NCBI RefSeq assembly: GCF_009914755.1
Contig: NC_060930.1
Reading direction: 5' to 3' (one strand)
From: the human T2T-CHM13v2.0 reference genome, Homo sapiens
DNA length: 64,000 nt
The notes under the pieces: generated by a model
Told to the model about the DNA's origin: nothing
The model's input: only the letters and a program-made list of their open reading frames with translations
The model's database searches: none
Made by a program: the position numbers and the translations under genes
Part shown: piece after piece, positions 14,292-26,725 of the stretch
Numbering within the stretch: position 1 is the stretch's first letter
Layout of the letters: each line of letters opens with the position of its first letter

Positions 14292-16094
14292 TCACAAAGG
14301 AAAGTAACTCAATTACACAAATAAAGTGGTCACTACCTAATTGTTACTGATCCTTTCAGAAGGAACATTTAATCATTAGATGTTTATTCTACCTTTGACA
14401 GCCAGTTCCTGGTGGAAGCCATAGGCTCACTGCCTGCTCTTATCTTAGTATTATTTCTTTTAGAAATGAAACGACTTAGTCTCTGAAGGAATACATTGCA
14501 TTGAAATGAACCAGGCAAAAGGAACCCAACAGTTACTGTCTTTGATCAGGGCACAGAATATTGCTTTATGCTAAAATGAGACGTTTACGGTGTCTTTACT
14601 TATGTGAATTAAGAAACGAGGTCTGTGTTGAATATCATAACGTAAATAAAAGACATTCTTGGATCGTATCATTTTAGGAATGCCTTGTTGCAGGCAAATG
14701 TCAACTGCCAGAGAAATGAAGATAGATTGAATGGCCTAGGAGGCGAGCCAGCACTGTGCCAGCCAAGGGCCAAGCCAGCCACCACACAATTCGATCCTGG
14801 CCCGGCTTTTCCCTAAGACCGTCCCCGCCGCTCCCCTGTCCTGGTGCTTTAAGGGAGAGCCGTATTTAACACGTGGCTGGTCTCCTATTTGATTCCTGGC
14901 TTCCTAATGTTAAATTTTCTTCACCTCGCAAAAACCAGCGTCCTGATTTCTTCTATCTTTCCTGACTAGTCAGGGGTAGATAATTAAGGTTGCATCTAAA
15001 CCCTTCTCTCTTCCATCTTTCCCAAACATCCATCCACACTACAGGGCAGCAACATCTCATTACGTAGATTGAAGCGTTGGGAAACCAGGTATTGGTCGGT
15101 CAAGACAGGCTTGTCTAGGAAGCGACTTGGAGCACAAGCCTGAATTACTGTTGGCAAACTTTGCAACACTGTTCTGTTCCAGGAATAAGGGAGATGATGA
15201 CCATGTAACTTGGAAAATTTGGTTTGGGGCAAATGATATGCTACATGATACATTTCCTGCTATGGAGAATGGCATGAACAAAAGAGGGAAGAAAGGTAAT
15301 CCAAGTGGTCTTCAGTAAGAACGCCTTAGCCTCCGAAAGCCTGGTAAGGTTATGTGTTCAGAGTCTGAAATCCACATGCATGAGGCAGATGTTTCAATTT
15401 CTGATTTCATTTCAGGATTGTGATGTTGAAAACAAAACTGCTTAGAAATTATTTTTGAGATTTTTATGGTAGGAGGCCTAACTAAGCTGTGACCTCTTGT
15501 GGGAAGAAATTTTTAAAAATAGACAAGCGTGAAACTTACAGAAAAAGAATTTTTATTTCTTTGTCCAACAAAGAAGAACTTCTTGTCATCTATTTCTTAC
15601 CAATTTGGTTTTATCACCATTATTATAATTTTCTTTTAGTTTGGCAGTTAGTATTGTGAACTCTTGGGTAAAGAGGTTTTTGTTTAGAATTATAGCGTTT
15701 CTTGGAGCAGTAATTCACACCCGTTCAGCCTTATTTGCATTCACATCGGAAATTTCCAACCAGGACACTTACTTGGGCCAACTTTTTCTGGTCAGTTTTC
15801 TGTAGTGTGTTACTTAGCTTGTCTAGAGTCCACTAAAATGCTTTTCAGACATGTTCAGCTGCTGGAAGCTTGTTAATTTTGGGCACATGTAGGACTCTAA
15901 TTGACATGAAATATAATTTACATATCTGTGATGAATACATTCTTTTTTTTCCATCTATTATCCTGATTTTCTTTTTCCAATAAAGGGCTTATCTTTTACA
16001 TGTATTTGTATCTAATCAGTATCTAATTCTTCATCCTGTCTCCTGTTTGTTCATTATCATGAGTTCAGCATGGTTTGGTTTATAACTGATTCTC

Positions 16095-16289
16095 TTTTTT
16101 TTTAAAATTTAATTTTATTATTATTATACTTTAAGTTTTAGGGTACATGTGCACAATGTGCACGTTTTTTACATATGTATACATGTGCCATGTTGGTGTG
16201 CTGCACCATTAACTCGTCATTTAGCATTAGGTATATCTCCTAATGCTATCCCTCCCCCCGCCCCCCACCCCACAACAGTCCCCGGTGTG
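16095..16289 (-). mobile_element. Short 5'-truncated L1PA 3'UTR (about L1PA4-like)
   Basis: T tail, then ATACTTTAAGTTTTAGGGTACATGTGCAC...CATTAACTCGTCATTTAGCATTAGG; possible 5-bp TSD TTCTC at 16090 and 16290. Confidence 0.9.
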
Positions 16290-16533
16290 TTCTCGAAGAA
16301 CTCAACTGGGCAAATACTAGGTCATAGGCATATTTCATGCCTATGTGTGAGGCTTTATTTTATGTGAACAGAGCAAGCACATATTTTATCTTGTCCGGAG
16401 ATACGTGGGTCATAGAGGTGAAGTTAAAAAAAAAAAGAGAGAGATCCAGATAGAAAAAAAGTTAATATTCCCTCTACTTTTGTGCAGATTTGAAAATTTT
16501 TATGATAAAAATGTTTTAAAATATCTCATATAT

Positions 16534-17150
16534 ACAGTCAATCCTCATTATTTGCCATTCCATATTTGCAAATTTGCCTGCTTGCTCAAATGTACTTGTA
16601 ACCCACATCAACGCTTGCAGTGCTGTTGTGGTCATTCACGAACATCTGCAGAGCAGCAGATAATTTGAGTCGCTTGATGTGCATGATCCCAGCTGAGGCT
16701 GAACAAGACATCATTGCTCTGCCTTCTTGTTTCAGCTCTCATACCATACATAAGTGTCTTTTTTGCAGTCTGTTTAACTATGGTTTTTGCATTTTTGTGC
16801 TTTTTGTTGGTGATTTCACTGCTTAAAATGGCTCCCCAGCAGTGCTGAAGTGACTATTGTTCCTAAATGCAAGAAGCTATGATGTGTCTTACAGAGAAAA
16901 TATGTGTTTTAGATAAGCATTGTGCAGGCATGAGTTATAGCTATTGGCTGTGAGTCCAATGTTAGTGAATCAACAATATATATTAAATAAGGTGACTTTA
17001 AACAGAGACACTGTTCATACAGGGTTTTATGTTGATCAGTTGATGAACATGTTGTGGCCAGAGGCTCGCAGGAACCTAGCCCTGTATTTCCCTTAGGGGC
17101 AATGGTTCAGTATTCACTAATTCAGTGCACCTTGGATAACAAGACTCATC
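16534..17150 (+). mobile_element. MER82 (TcMar-Tigger)
   Basis: TA-CAGTCAATCCTCATTATT start; CCCAGCTGAGGCTGAACAAG; GCTCTGCCTTCTTGTTTCAGCTCTCATAC. Confidence 0.75.
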
Positions 17151-17214
17151 TGCTCACATATAAATACATTGCATTGCATCTAACTAGCACTAAGGAAATG
17201 CTGGTATGTTGTGA

Positions 17215-17731
<517 letters not shown>

Positions 17732-20143
17732 TGATCTACAGAGTAAAAGCTAGCAGGTCTATTCTCACTGCCCCGTTCTGAGGTTTCTCTCTCTGATGGG
17801 CTGCACTGTCCACAGGATCAGGAAACATGAATCTTCCTGAACTAGTAAGAGTTTATTTATCCCCCAGACCTCACATAGTACCTGGCAGGCAGTAGGTACC
17901 CAATTGCATGACTGCATAGAATACTAATGAAATGTACAGTCGTAAAACATGTTAAATTAAAAATCTTACAAAATAAGTAGTGACTAATGTCTAATATAAC
18001 AGCTGGGAAATGGTACCCGCAGGGCAGAAGCTGTCTTAGATGTTTAGAGACTTAGTATTGGTTACAGAACCTATAAAATGCACAGAAAAATAACCATATA
18101 CGTCTATAAAACCACACAGATTTCTTGTGATAAATAATAGAGTTTATGGATTTTATTGGTTTGGCAACTGACAGCAATAACTGTAAATAAACAACTGAGG
18201 TAACCTTTATTAGTTAGACCAGAATAGTAAAATATTGCCCAGGGGACAGAAAAGCAAAATTTTAAAGCTGATATCCTGGCTTGGGAATTATTTCACAATT
18301 AAGGTAACTTCTATCAAGAGGGCAATATTTTCCAGCTGTTCCCTGGAACCTTTACCATTTACATTCTGCTTTGTATTTTTGTTGAGTAATAGAAGCAATT
18401 AATTCTAAGCATTATAGTTTATTCTGCATTTGGGCATCACGATTCCGAGGAATGGATTTTTTTTTTTTTATCCAGGCAGTTGAACAGGATATAAATGTCA
18501 TTTTAATAATAGGAACTGAGAATTTAATACTATGGTATTAAACTGTAAGTATAAGTGAATAATACTAGTCCTAGCTCACTTGATTTCCTACAGAATTCTG
18601 GCCTATTCATGGAATTTTTATTAAAGGAATGCAGTACTGCAACTTTTTTTTTTTTTAAGTAAAGAAGATTTCAACAGAAATGCAAAGGAAAAAAAGGAAG
18701 ATACACATTGAGATACTTATACAGTTCTTGGTATAAAAAAATTCTCTTTGTCCAAAATATTCAGTAAAAAAACGAGAGGTAAGATGCGGTTTTCTCTTGA
18801 AGCATTTCCTTCACTCTTCATGTAACTTGGCTACATCAGTGTATGAATAAATATGGAACTACTTGAGGCCATACTATATATATTTTAAAAACCCAAGAAT
18901 ACTTTTGGAAAAGCCAAAAAGTATCAGCATAAAGTGAAAAATAAAATGAAACAGAAACTTTTCCGACCAAACAGACGTAAGCCAGATGTTAGAGTCTCCC
19001 GTGCAAGGAGGGCCGTGTAAGGCCCCTGTAGCTGTGCCGAGTGCATGCTAATGTGGCCAGAGAGAGGTACATGGCTTAAGCTCACTCTCTTTACACATAA
19101 AAATGACCGTTTCTCTCTGTTTTATTGTGGCACATTGACGTAAATATGGCTAGCTATGGCAATAAAAATCATGACTAGCTATTTTATAACTCAAGTCAGA
19201 ATTTTCATTGAGTGAAAGAAAGAGGATATGTTACCAATGAAGAGAGATGTTTGATCAATTAAAATGAAAAACATATTTACTATACTTAACTCCTGTATAT
19301 TTAAATATTATCCTACTACAAACTTAAAAAGAAAAACTTTTCACTTACTTTTCCAGTGCTTTTTATGTTCTTCCCTTTCTTCTGGGTTTGCTGCCTTCTG
19401 CCAACTAAGCCACTATTTAATACACTTTCATTGAAACAAACTTCCGCCCTAACCAATCTGGGATGCAAAGAGAATCACAAGTTTTATTTAGGCACTTTGC
19501 GTTTTGGAAATTAAACAGAAAAAAATATCAATATTCTTCTCCCACTGGCACAAACACATTACTTTTCTTTCTTTTTTTAGTTTTTTTCAACAAGGAGGAA
19601 AGGAAGATTAAAGAAATGGGATACTCGTAAAAATCTGTTTTCCACAGACATGCCTTATGTGACAGGCTGTGACCTAGAACCACATGCTTTTGGGGCTGTG
19701 GGCATGGTGACTATTTCTTGGCAGAAAGACAGATTTCAAGCAAGTACTCACTCTACGTCCACCCAAATAGGTTCCGGAACTTTTTGGCTCATAGGTGTCA
19801 AGGTCTTCGTGCACCTGAACCTGTAGAAGGCCGAGGGGAAATACACACAATATTTTTATTATAGGACTGTCCTTCTTGAAACACAGCCTGCAGGGCTCAT
19901 GGTTTGAATTATAGGGTGTCTCATGTGAGGTTCTCACATCTGGTTTGACAATCATTTTTTCAAAAATGTAGTCTTTTGTGAGCTTGTGACGCAAAATGAT
20001 ATGGTAAAATGAACCCAGGCAACTCACAGTTGCTTAAGTTGCAGTAGTTACAAAACTAAGAGAAGGGAAAAATAAAACTGGACAGAGTGCAATGTAATAA
20101 AATCTAATATATGAATAGGAGGCATATCTAGTGTCTGTCTACC

Positions 20144-20609
20144 TGTGGTGGGCTGAATGGCTACTCCCCAGAAGGATATGTCCACATCCTGATCCCTGGA
20201 ACCTCTGAATGTGACTTTCTCAGGAAGGAGGGTCTTTGCTGACATAATCAGGGGAAGGATCTCAAGATGAGAAGACCATCCTGGATTAGGTGGGTGGGTC
20301 CTGAATCCATTGACAAGTGTCCTTATAAGAGACACTTGGAGGAGAGACAGAGAGAAGAGGAAGCAGGAACATGGCTACGGAAGTGGAGATTGGAGTGATG
20401 TGGCCACAAGCAAAGGAACACCAGAGCCACCAGAAACTGAAAGAGGGGAGGAACGGATTCTCCCCTAGAGCCTCTGCTCTGGGGGAGTGTGGTCCTGTGG
20501 ATACCTGAATTTCTGATTTCTAGCTCCAGAACTGTGAGAGAATAGATTTCTGTTGTTTTAAGCCACCCAGTTTATGATACTCTGTTACAGTAACTACAGA
20601 AAACTAATT
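20144..20609 (+). mobile_element. MLT1C/D solo LTR
   Basis: TGTGGTGGGCTGAAT...CCCTGGAACCTCTGAATGTGAC...TTTTAAGCCACCCAGTTT...GAAAACTAAT. Confidence 0.8.
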
Positions 20610-20622
20610 ATCTATCTATTGG

Positions 20623-20660
<38 letters not shown>

Positions 20661-20695
20661 ATCTATCTATCTACCTATCTACCTACCTACCTACC
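20610..20695. repeat. (TATC)n/(TACC)n compound tetranucleotide repeat
   Basis: Seen directly in the sequence. Confidence 0.9.
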
Positions 20696-21035
20696 TGATA
20701 TGGTTTGGCCGTGTCCCCACCCAAATCTCATCTTGAATTGTAGCTCCCATAATTCCCACCTGTTGTGGGAGGGGCCCGGTGGGAGGTAATTGAGTCATGG
20801 GGGTGGTTTCCCCCATATCGTTCTTGTGGTAGTGAATAAGTCTCACAAGATCTGACAGTTTTATAAGGGGAAACCCATTTTGCTTGGCTCTCATTCTGTC
20901 TTGTCTGCCTCCATGTAAGACATGCTTTCGCCTTCTGCCATGATTGTGAGGCCTCCTCAGCCACATGGAACTGTGAGTCCATTAAACCACTTTTTCTTTA
21001 TAAATTACTCAGCCTTGGGTATAAATTACTCATCT
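20696..21035 (+). mobile_element. THE1 solo LTR with altered 3' end
   Basis: TGATATGGTTTGGC...CCCAAATCTCATCTTGAATTGTAGCTCCC...GTGAGTCCATTAAACC. Confidence 0.85.
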
Positions 21036-21186
21036 TAATGTCATCAGTGCTTATCTCCTCACTGGGTTGGTTTTTGCCAACCCATTCCTATTTGTTTTAT
21101 ACATATTTCATTATCCCATGTACTCCAGAACAACTTTACCTATTAACTGAAAAAATGATCAATTGTAACCATTCTGAATTTGAGAC

Positions 21187-21714
21187 AATACCTGCTTTCT
21201 GCATTCCACTTTATTACGTATATACATATACACTAAAATATGTGCGTATGTAAATACCTGCTTTCTGCATTCCACTTTATTACGTATGTACACATACACT
21301 AAAATATGTGCATATGTAAATACCTGCTTTCTGCATTCCACTTTATTACGTATATACACATACACTAAAATATGTGCGTATGTAAATACCTGCTTTCTGC
21401 ATTCCACTTTATTACGTATATACACATACACTAAAATATGTGCTTATGTAAATACCTGCTTTCTGCTTTCCACTTTATTACGTATGTACACATACACTAA
21501 AATATGTGCGTATGTAAATACCTGCTTTCTGCATTCCACTTTATTACGTATATACACATACACTAAAATATGTGCGTATGTAAATACCTGCTTTCTGCGT
21601 TCCACTTTATTACGTATGTACACATACACTAAAATATGTGTGTATGTAAATACCTGCTTTCTGCATTCCACTTTATTACATATATACATATACACTAAAA
21701 TATGTGCATATGTA
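21187..21714. repeat. Minisatellite, 8 x 66 bp
   Basis: Unit AATACCTGCTTTCTGCATTCCACTTTATTACGTATATACACATACACTAAAATATGTGCGTATGTA starting at 21187, 21253, 21319, 21385, 21451, 21517, 21583, 21649; few substitutions, no indels. Confidence 0.97.
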
Positions 21715-22250
21715 TTAAAGGGAACTTTGTGTTGTTGGATGCCCTCTCCAGTTTCTGGGTTAGTGCTCGAGCCTCAAAGAGAAAGGGACTGTGTGTCTTC
21801 GGTCCCTTTACAGCGGCTCTGATGACCAGGCTGTTTACTGATCACAGTTTTCAGGCAGGTCCTTTCGACTTAAATTGAAAGTAAGTCAGAATATGTGTTA
21901 ACAAAACCAGGAAACCAAAGCCATTCAACAAGATCTGCTTCTATTCCATTATTCTTTAGTTCACTCTGTGATATCGGGCCACATCAAGTCCCTTCAGCCA
22001 GCTCCCCAGGAGTTGCTTGGGCCATGTTTTATGTGTCATCTGTCACTAGGTGCTCCCATTCTTAATGTCCCTCTGCACATCTCCTCGCCACCATCCGTGC
22101 TGAGTTGTCATTTCATCCATCAGCCACACAGCTCTGATTAGGTTCTGCATCAGGACTCGAAGGGTTTGACTGCCCAGCTCCCCATCCCTACACTGCTGCT
22201 AATAGGCCCCCACTTTCCTTCTGGAGACTGTCTCCTCCCCAACCCCACTG

Positions 22251-22253
<3 letters not shown>

Positions 22254-22284
<31 letters not shown>

Positions 22285-22625
22285 TCACACACACGCACAT
22301 GCACTCATACATGTACACCTACACACTCCCCACATACCTACACCTCCACATATGCACACACACCCCATGTATGCACACATACCAGTGCATACATATGCAC
22401 ACACACCATGCACACACAAACACACACTCCACGTACACACAAACACGTGCACATACCCAGGCACCCATGCGTGTATGCACACTCCCTGAACACACCCCAC
22501 ACCCACACCCAGACCCTAATACACATACACACATACACACACCCCTGCATGTACACGGTGCACACACACAAATACCCTATATGTGTGCACCCACATGCAC
22601 ACTCCCCATCACCACATTCCACACA
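22254..22625. repeat. (CA)n followed by a degenerate CA-rich tract
   Basis: Pure (AC)n at 22254-22282 decaying into CACA/CATG/TACA low complexity. Confidence 0.9.
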
Positions 22626-24293
22626 ATTCTCAGGGTCCCTCAACTACTGGGACCAGCCACTGTGGCTGGATAGTGTCCCTGTGACTCATCCAGCACAAGA
22701 TTCAGACCTAACTGGGGTTCATCAAAGACCTTCCGGGAGATGCCCACGGATGTGGGGGAAAGAGTGGGCACCCTGGTTTTTCTGGGTGTGCTGGAGGCTG
22801 AAGGGGTGATGAAAGCCTGGAACTTCCACTGACCATTTTGCCACTGCGAGGAGAGAACTCAGGCAGGAATCAAATGAATTCAGGAAAGTGGAAAGTGGAG
22901 GAGGGGCCACAGGAGAGAGGGAGAGAAAAGAAGGGACTGAGAGAAAGAGAAAGGGAAGAGGAGGGAGAAAGAGAATCATCTTCATCTCTGGATCTCACAG
23001 GGGGTGAAGCAACTGCTTACCTTGAACTTAAGTCTTGGGAACCAATAGAATCCCTCTTTTGCTTAGGCTAACTTGAGCTGGAATCCCACAACCTGCAACA
23101 CAAATTGCCCCCATGGATCTGGTTGCTCTCCTGGTTAAGAGAGCATGCCTAAGGCCCATGGTTCTTGGTAAGTTCACCTGTTCCCTATGCACAACCTCAG
23201 CATTGCCCTTTAAGCCCCTGTATCTTACAATCCAGTCATCCTGAGTGACTTGCAGCTTCCTGAATACAAAAGGATGTTTCACCCTCAGGCCTCTGTACAT
23301 TTATTCAGTCATTTATTCCAGAAATATTTACTGAGGACTTATTTTCTAAGCACTGGAGATATAGCAGCAAACAAAACAGAAAACAATTTGCTGCCTTCAT
23401 GAGGTTTGCGTTTTAGCAAAGGTGAGAAAACAGGATAGGATAGAACTAAAATTAATAAGTAAAATATGGAGTATGTGCAGACAATCACAGAGGCACCATG
23501 TGACCCAGTAACTCCACTCGTAGCTGCACACCCGGGAAAAGTGAAAACATCACATCACAAAAAACTCGTGTTCACAGGAGCGTTATTCATCATGGCCCCA
23601 AAGTGGAAACAGCTTCATAGTTCATGGACGGACTGGATGTGGACTGTGAGCACAGAAAGAGTCAAGAATAATTCCGTGTGCTGTCCCTTTTGTCTGAAAG
23701 GCCTCACCCTGTCATCAGAGCACCTGCTGGTTGTCTGTGCCCTGGATTCACCGGAAGCACATGGATGACAGGGCTGTATTCCTGCTGCTCAGCACCGCAG
23801 TTGGACGGAGTAGGATCTCCAAAGCAAGTTTGTGGATCAAATGTACAACTCAAGTGTACAGACTTGCCCCCAGGCCATTTTCAGCACGGTGATATGGCTC
23901 AGAGAAACAAGCATGGACATCTAAACACCCAGAACGGCTCTGCTAGGCCTTGGCTGAGGGTCTCTTGACTGTTCAACACACAAGAACCCTGCAAAACCTC
24001 CCCACATCTCTTCAAGAGCCTCTGTGGCTACTTCTCCCTCTCTTTCTCAGTGCCCTTCCAGTTCCCCATGATTCTTCCTCTGTTCCCACCTGCTAAACTC
24101 TCCTCCTTCCCTCCCCTGACCTACCCATCTCACCTGGATTAGGCCTGCCCTTCAGCATCTGACATGCTCCAATCCATCTGTTAGTCAGTGGAACAGAACT
24201 GAAAAGCTAACCTGCCTGAGCAAAGTGTCCTTTCTATTTAAAAGGTGAAGAGGGAAGCAATTATTAGTAACTGTGTTGCAATAATTTCCTTTT

Positions 24294-24423
24294 TGTAAAT
24301 TTTACTTTAAGTTTTGGATACATGTTGTGCAGAATGTGCGTGTTTGTTACATAGGCATACATGCGCCATGGGGTCTTGCTGCACCTATCAACCCGTCATC
24401 CAGGTTTTAAGCCATCTCAGCAA
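24294..24423 (-). mobile_element. Very short L1PA (about PA8-10) 3' end
   Basis: TACTTTAAGTT...TTGTTACATAGG...GCTGCACCTATCAACCCGTCATC; TSD AAYAATTTCCTTTT at 24280 and 24424. Confidence 0.75.
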
Positions 24424-26120
24424 AACAATTTCCTTTTATTCTTGTCACACATAAATGAATACTATTCCACAGTTCTTAATCTGGGATATGGAAAAACTTG
24501 TTTGATGTTGCTGTGTGTTTGCACGTGCTGTTTCTTATGCTTGGAAATCTCTGCTCTTTCCTTCTCCTGCAGTGAAACTCCTTGTCCAGATCCCTTTCCT
24601 GGTGTCCACTCCTCAGCAAGGCAGAGCTGGGGGCAATGCAACGGGGAACCCTGTTACTGTGGAACAAGCCTGGGTCGGCATCTCAATCTCATTTCTCATG
24701 AACGGGGACAGCTTGAACCAGCTGCTTACACTCATGCAGCCTTCTTTCACCATTTTTAGAGTTGTGAGGAGTTGATGGTGTAACGTAACTCATCCCTCCC
24801 TGGCTGTATGGGACAGTAGCATACCTGAGGATGGGTTAGGATTGCTGAGATGGGCTGGAGCCGGGGCAGGGGGCCTCCAGCTAAGAGAGGCCTCCTGAGC
24901 TTACCTCATTTGGTCTCAGGGCTATTCTCATTTTCCAGATGAGCAGTGATGTGAACAATATTGGAAAGCATCAAAGAAATGGATGTAAAGTGTCTGGCAC
25001 AGAGTGAGTGCTCAGTGACTGTGGGTGCCCTCTCGTCCAGCTCCTCTGAACATGCCTTTCTCACGGCACTTATGAGAATGTGCCATCGCTGTTTACTCCC
25101 TGTTTGTCCCCCTCTACATGCTAAATTCTTTAGGCCCAGGGACTGTGTTACACTCATCTCCATAGCCCCAGGCCTAGCAAAGTGCCTCCTGCCTAGTAGG
25201 TCCTCAGTATTTGCTGAATGAATGGATGATGATTTCATGGAAGAATCACTCCCTAAAGTTTCCAGCAACAGGCTGAGGAAACTCAGGATGAAAACATCAT
25301 GTCTCTTGCCCAGTCTTCACCATGCTTTTTAGTGGTGGTCACTGCACTGCATGTTTTCTTTAAGAAGGGTGAGCTCATGCCAAGGACGAGGGCATGGGGT
25401 CTGTGCCGGGCACTTCCCAGTTCCACGTTCTGGGTGTAGGGAAGAGGGAGGATGCCCACAGAGAGGGAGGGAACCAAATGCAGGAAAGGAGGGCAGGAGG
25501 GGCAGTGTTGGCTCCTGGCGGGCCTGGCATATGGCTGTGCTGCGAGTTACTTCTGGTCCTGTGTGTGGGGCTGAAGCTTCAGCTGCCACCAGACATCCCT
25601 GCCATGTCCCTCTTGAGAGTCCTAACCTCACTCTCAAGACTCACCCCGATGCTCTCCATGAAAATAAAACGCACCTTCCATGAAGTGTCCCCAGAAAGCT
25701 CCACGGGGGAGGAAGTGCCACTTAGAAATGAGAACCAATCCCAGGTGAAAGTCATGAGCTGAAAGGCCCATATCAGGCTGTCGTGGATGACCTTGGATGC
25801 CCCTGAGGTGTCCTTAAAGGAGGCAGCATTCGCTTTCTCCCAGTGTGTGTGTGGCAGACCACATGCAAGCTTTTGGGCTGACCCAGTTGTGACTATCACT
25901 GTGTCCTCGGGTTTCATCTTGGGGAAGGGAGTTGTACCAGTTCTTACTCCTGGAGGCTGATTTCCTAAAGTGCAAAATTGGGCCAGTCTGTTGAGGCCCA
26001 AGTGTTCTGGAAAAGATCTCTGACAGATACATGGAAACTGAATTTAGTTGCTGGTTAAGAGCTTTCATGGGAGCAAAGCTCTTGGCTGTGGGTTTCTTAA
26101 TTGTCAGGTATACATTAGGG

Positions 26121-26433
26121 CAGTGGTCCCTAAACTTTTTGACCGTGGAGACTGGTTTTGTGGAAGACAGTTTTTCATAGATTGGTTTCAGGATTAAACT
26201 GTTCCACCTCAGATCATCAGGCATTAGATTCTCATAAGGAGCGTGCAACCCGGATCCCTCCCATGCACAGTTCACAATAGGGTTCCAGCTCCGATGAGAA
26301 TCTAATGCCACCGCTGATCTGACAGGAGTTCAGGTGGTAATGTTTGTCCACTGCTCACCTCCTGCTCTGTGGCCTGGTTCCTAACAGGCAATGGACTGGT
26401 ACCGGTCTTCGGCCCAGGGGTTGGGGACCCCTG
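26121..26433 (+). mobile_element. MER1B (hAT-Charlie MITE)
   Basis: TIRs CAGTGGTCCC / GGGGACCCCTG; 8-bp TSD CATTAGGG (26113) and CATCAGGG (26434). Confidence 0.88.
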
Positions 26434-26559
26434 CATCAGGGGACAGAACAACATTTTGCAGAAGGGAAAAACTGGTCTTCCTCCTTCTCCTTTTTTCTGT
26501 ACTCGGCCTTCTCTCACTTGTGGACACTTCGTGGACATAGAAGAGGGGTGCAACACTGC

Positions 26560-26725
26560 ATCTGGTTCCTCCAAGTGTGGTCTAAGACCTGCAACCTCTG
26601 CATCTCCTGGGAGCTTGTCAGAAAGGCTGAGGCTCAGGCCTCAGCCCAGACCCACAGGATCAGAATCTGTATCTTGACAAGACTCCCCTGGTGACCTGAA
26701 TGCACGTTCAAGTTTGAGAACATTG
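26560..26725. mobile_element. MER5A
   Basis: AAGTGTGGTC...CCTGGGAGCTTGT...ATCAGAATCTG...AAGTTTGAGAA. Confidence 0.7.

Noticed and set aside
21187-21714. CRISPR-like regular array
   Set aside because: Units are contiguous with no unique spacers, there are no cas genes, and the context is eukaryotic
23028-23300. 90-aa ORF of plausible composition in unique DNA
   Set aside because: No recognisable domain, promoter or splice support; ORFs of this length are expected by chance
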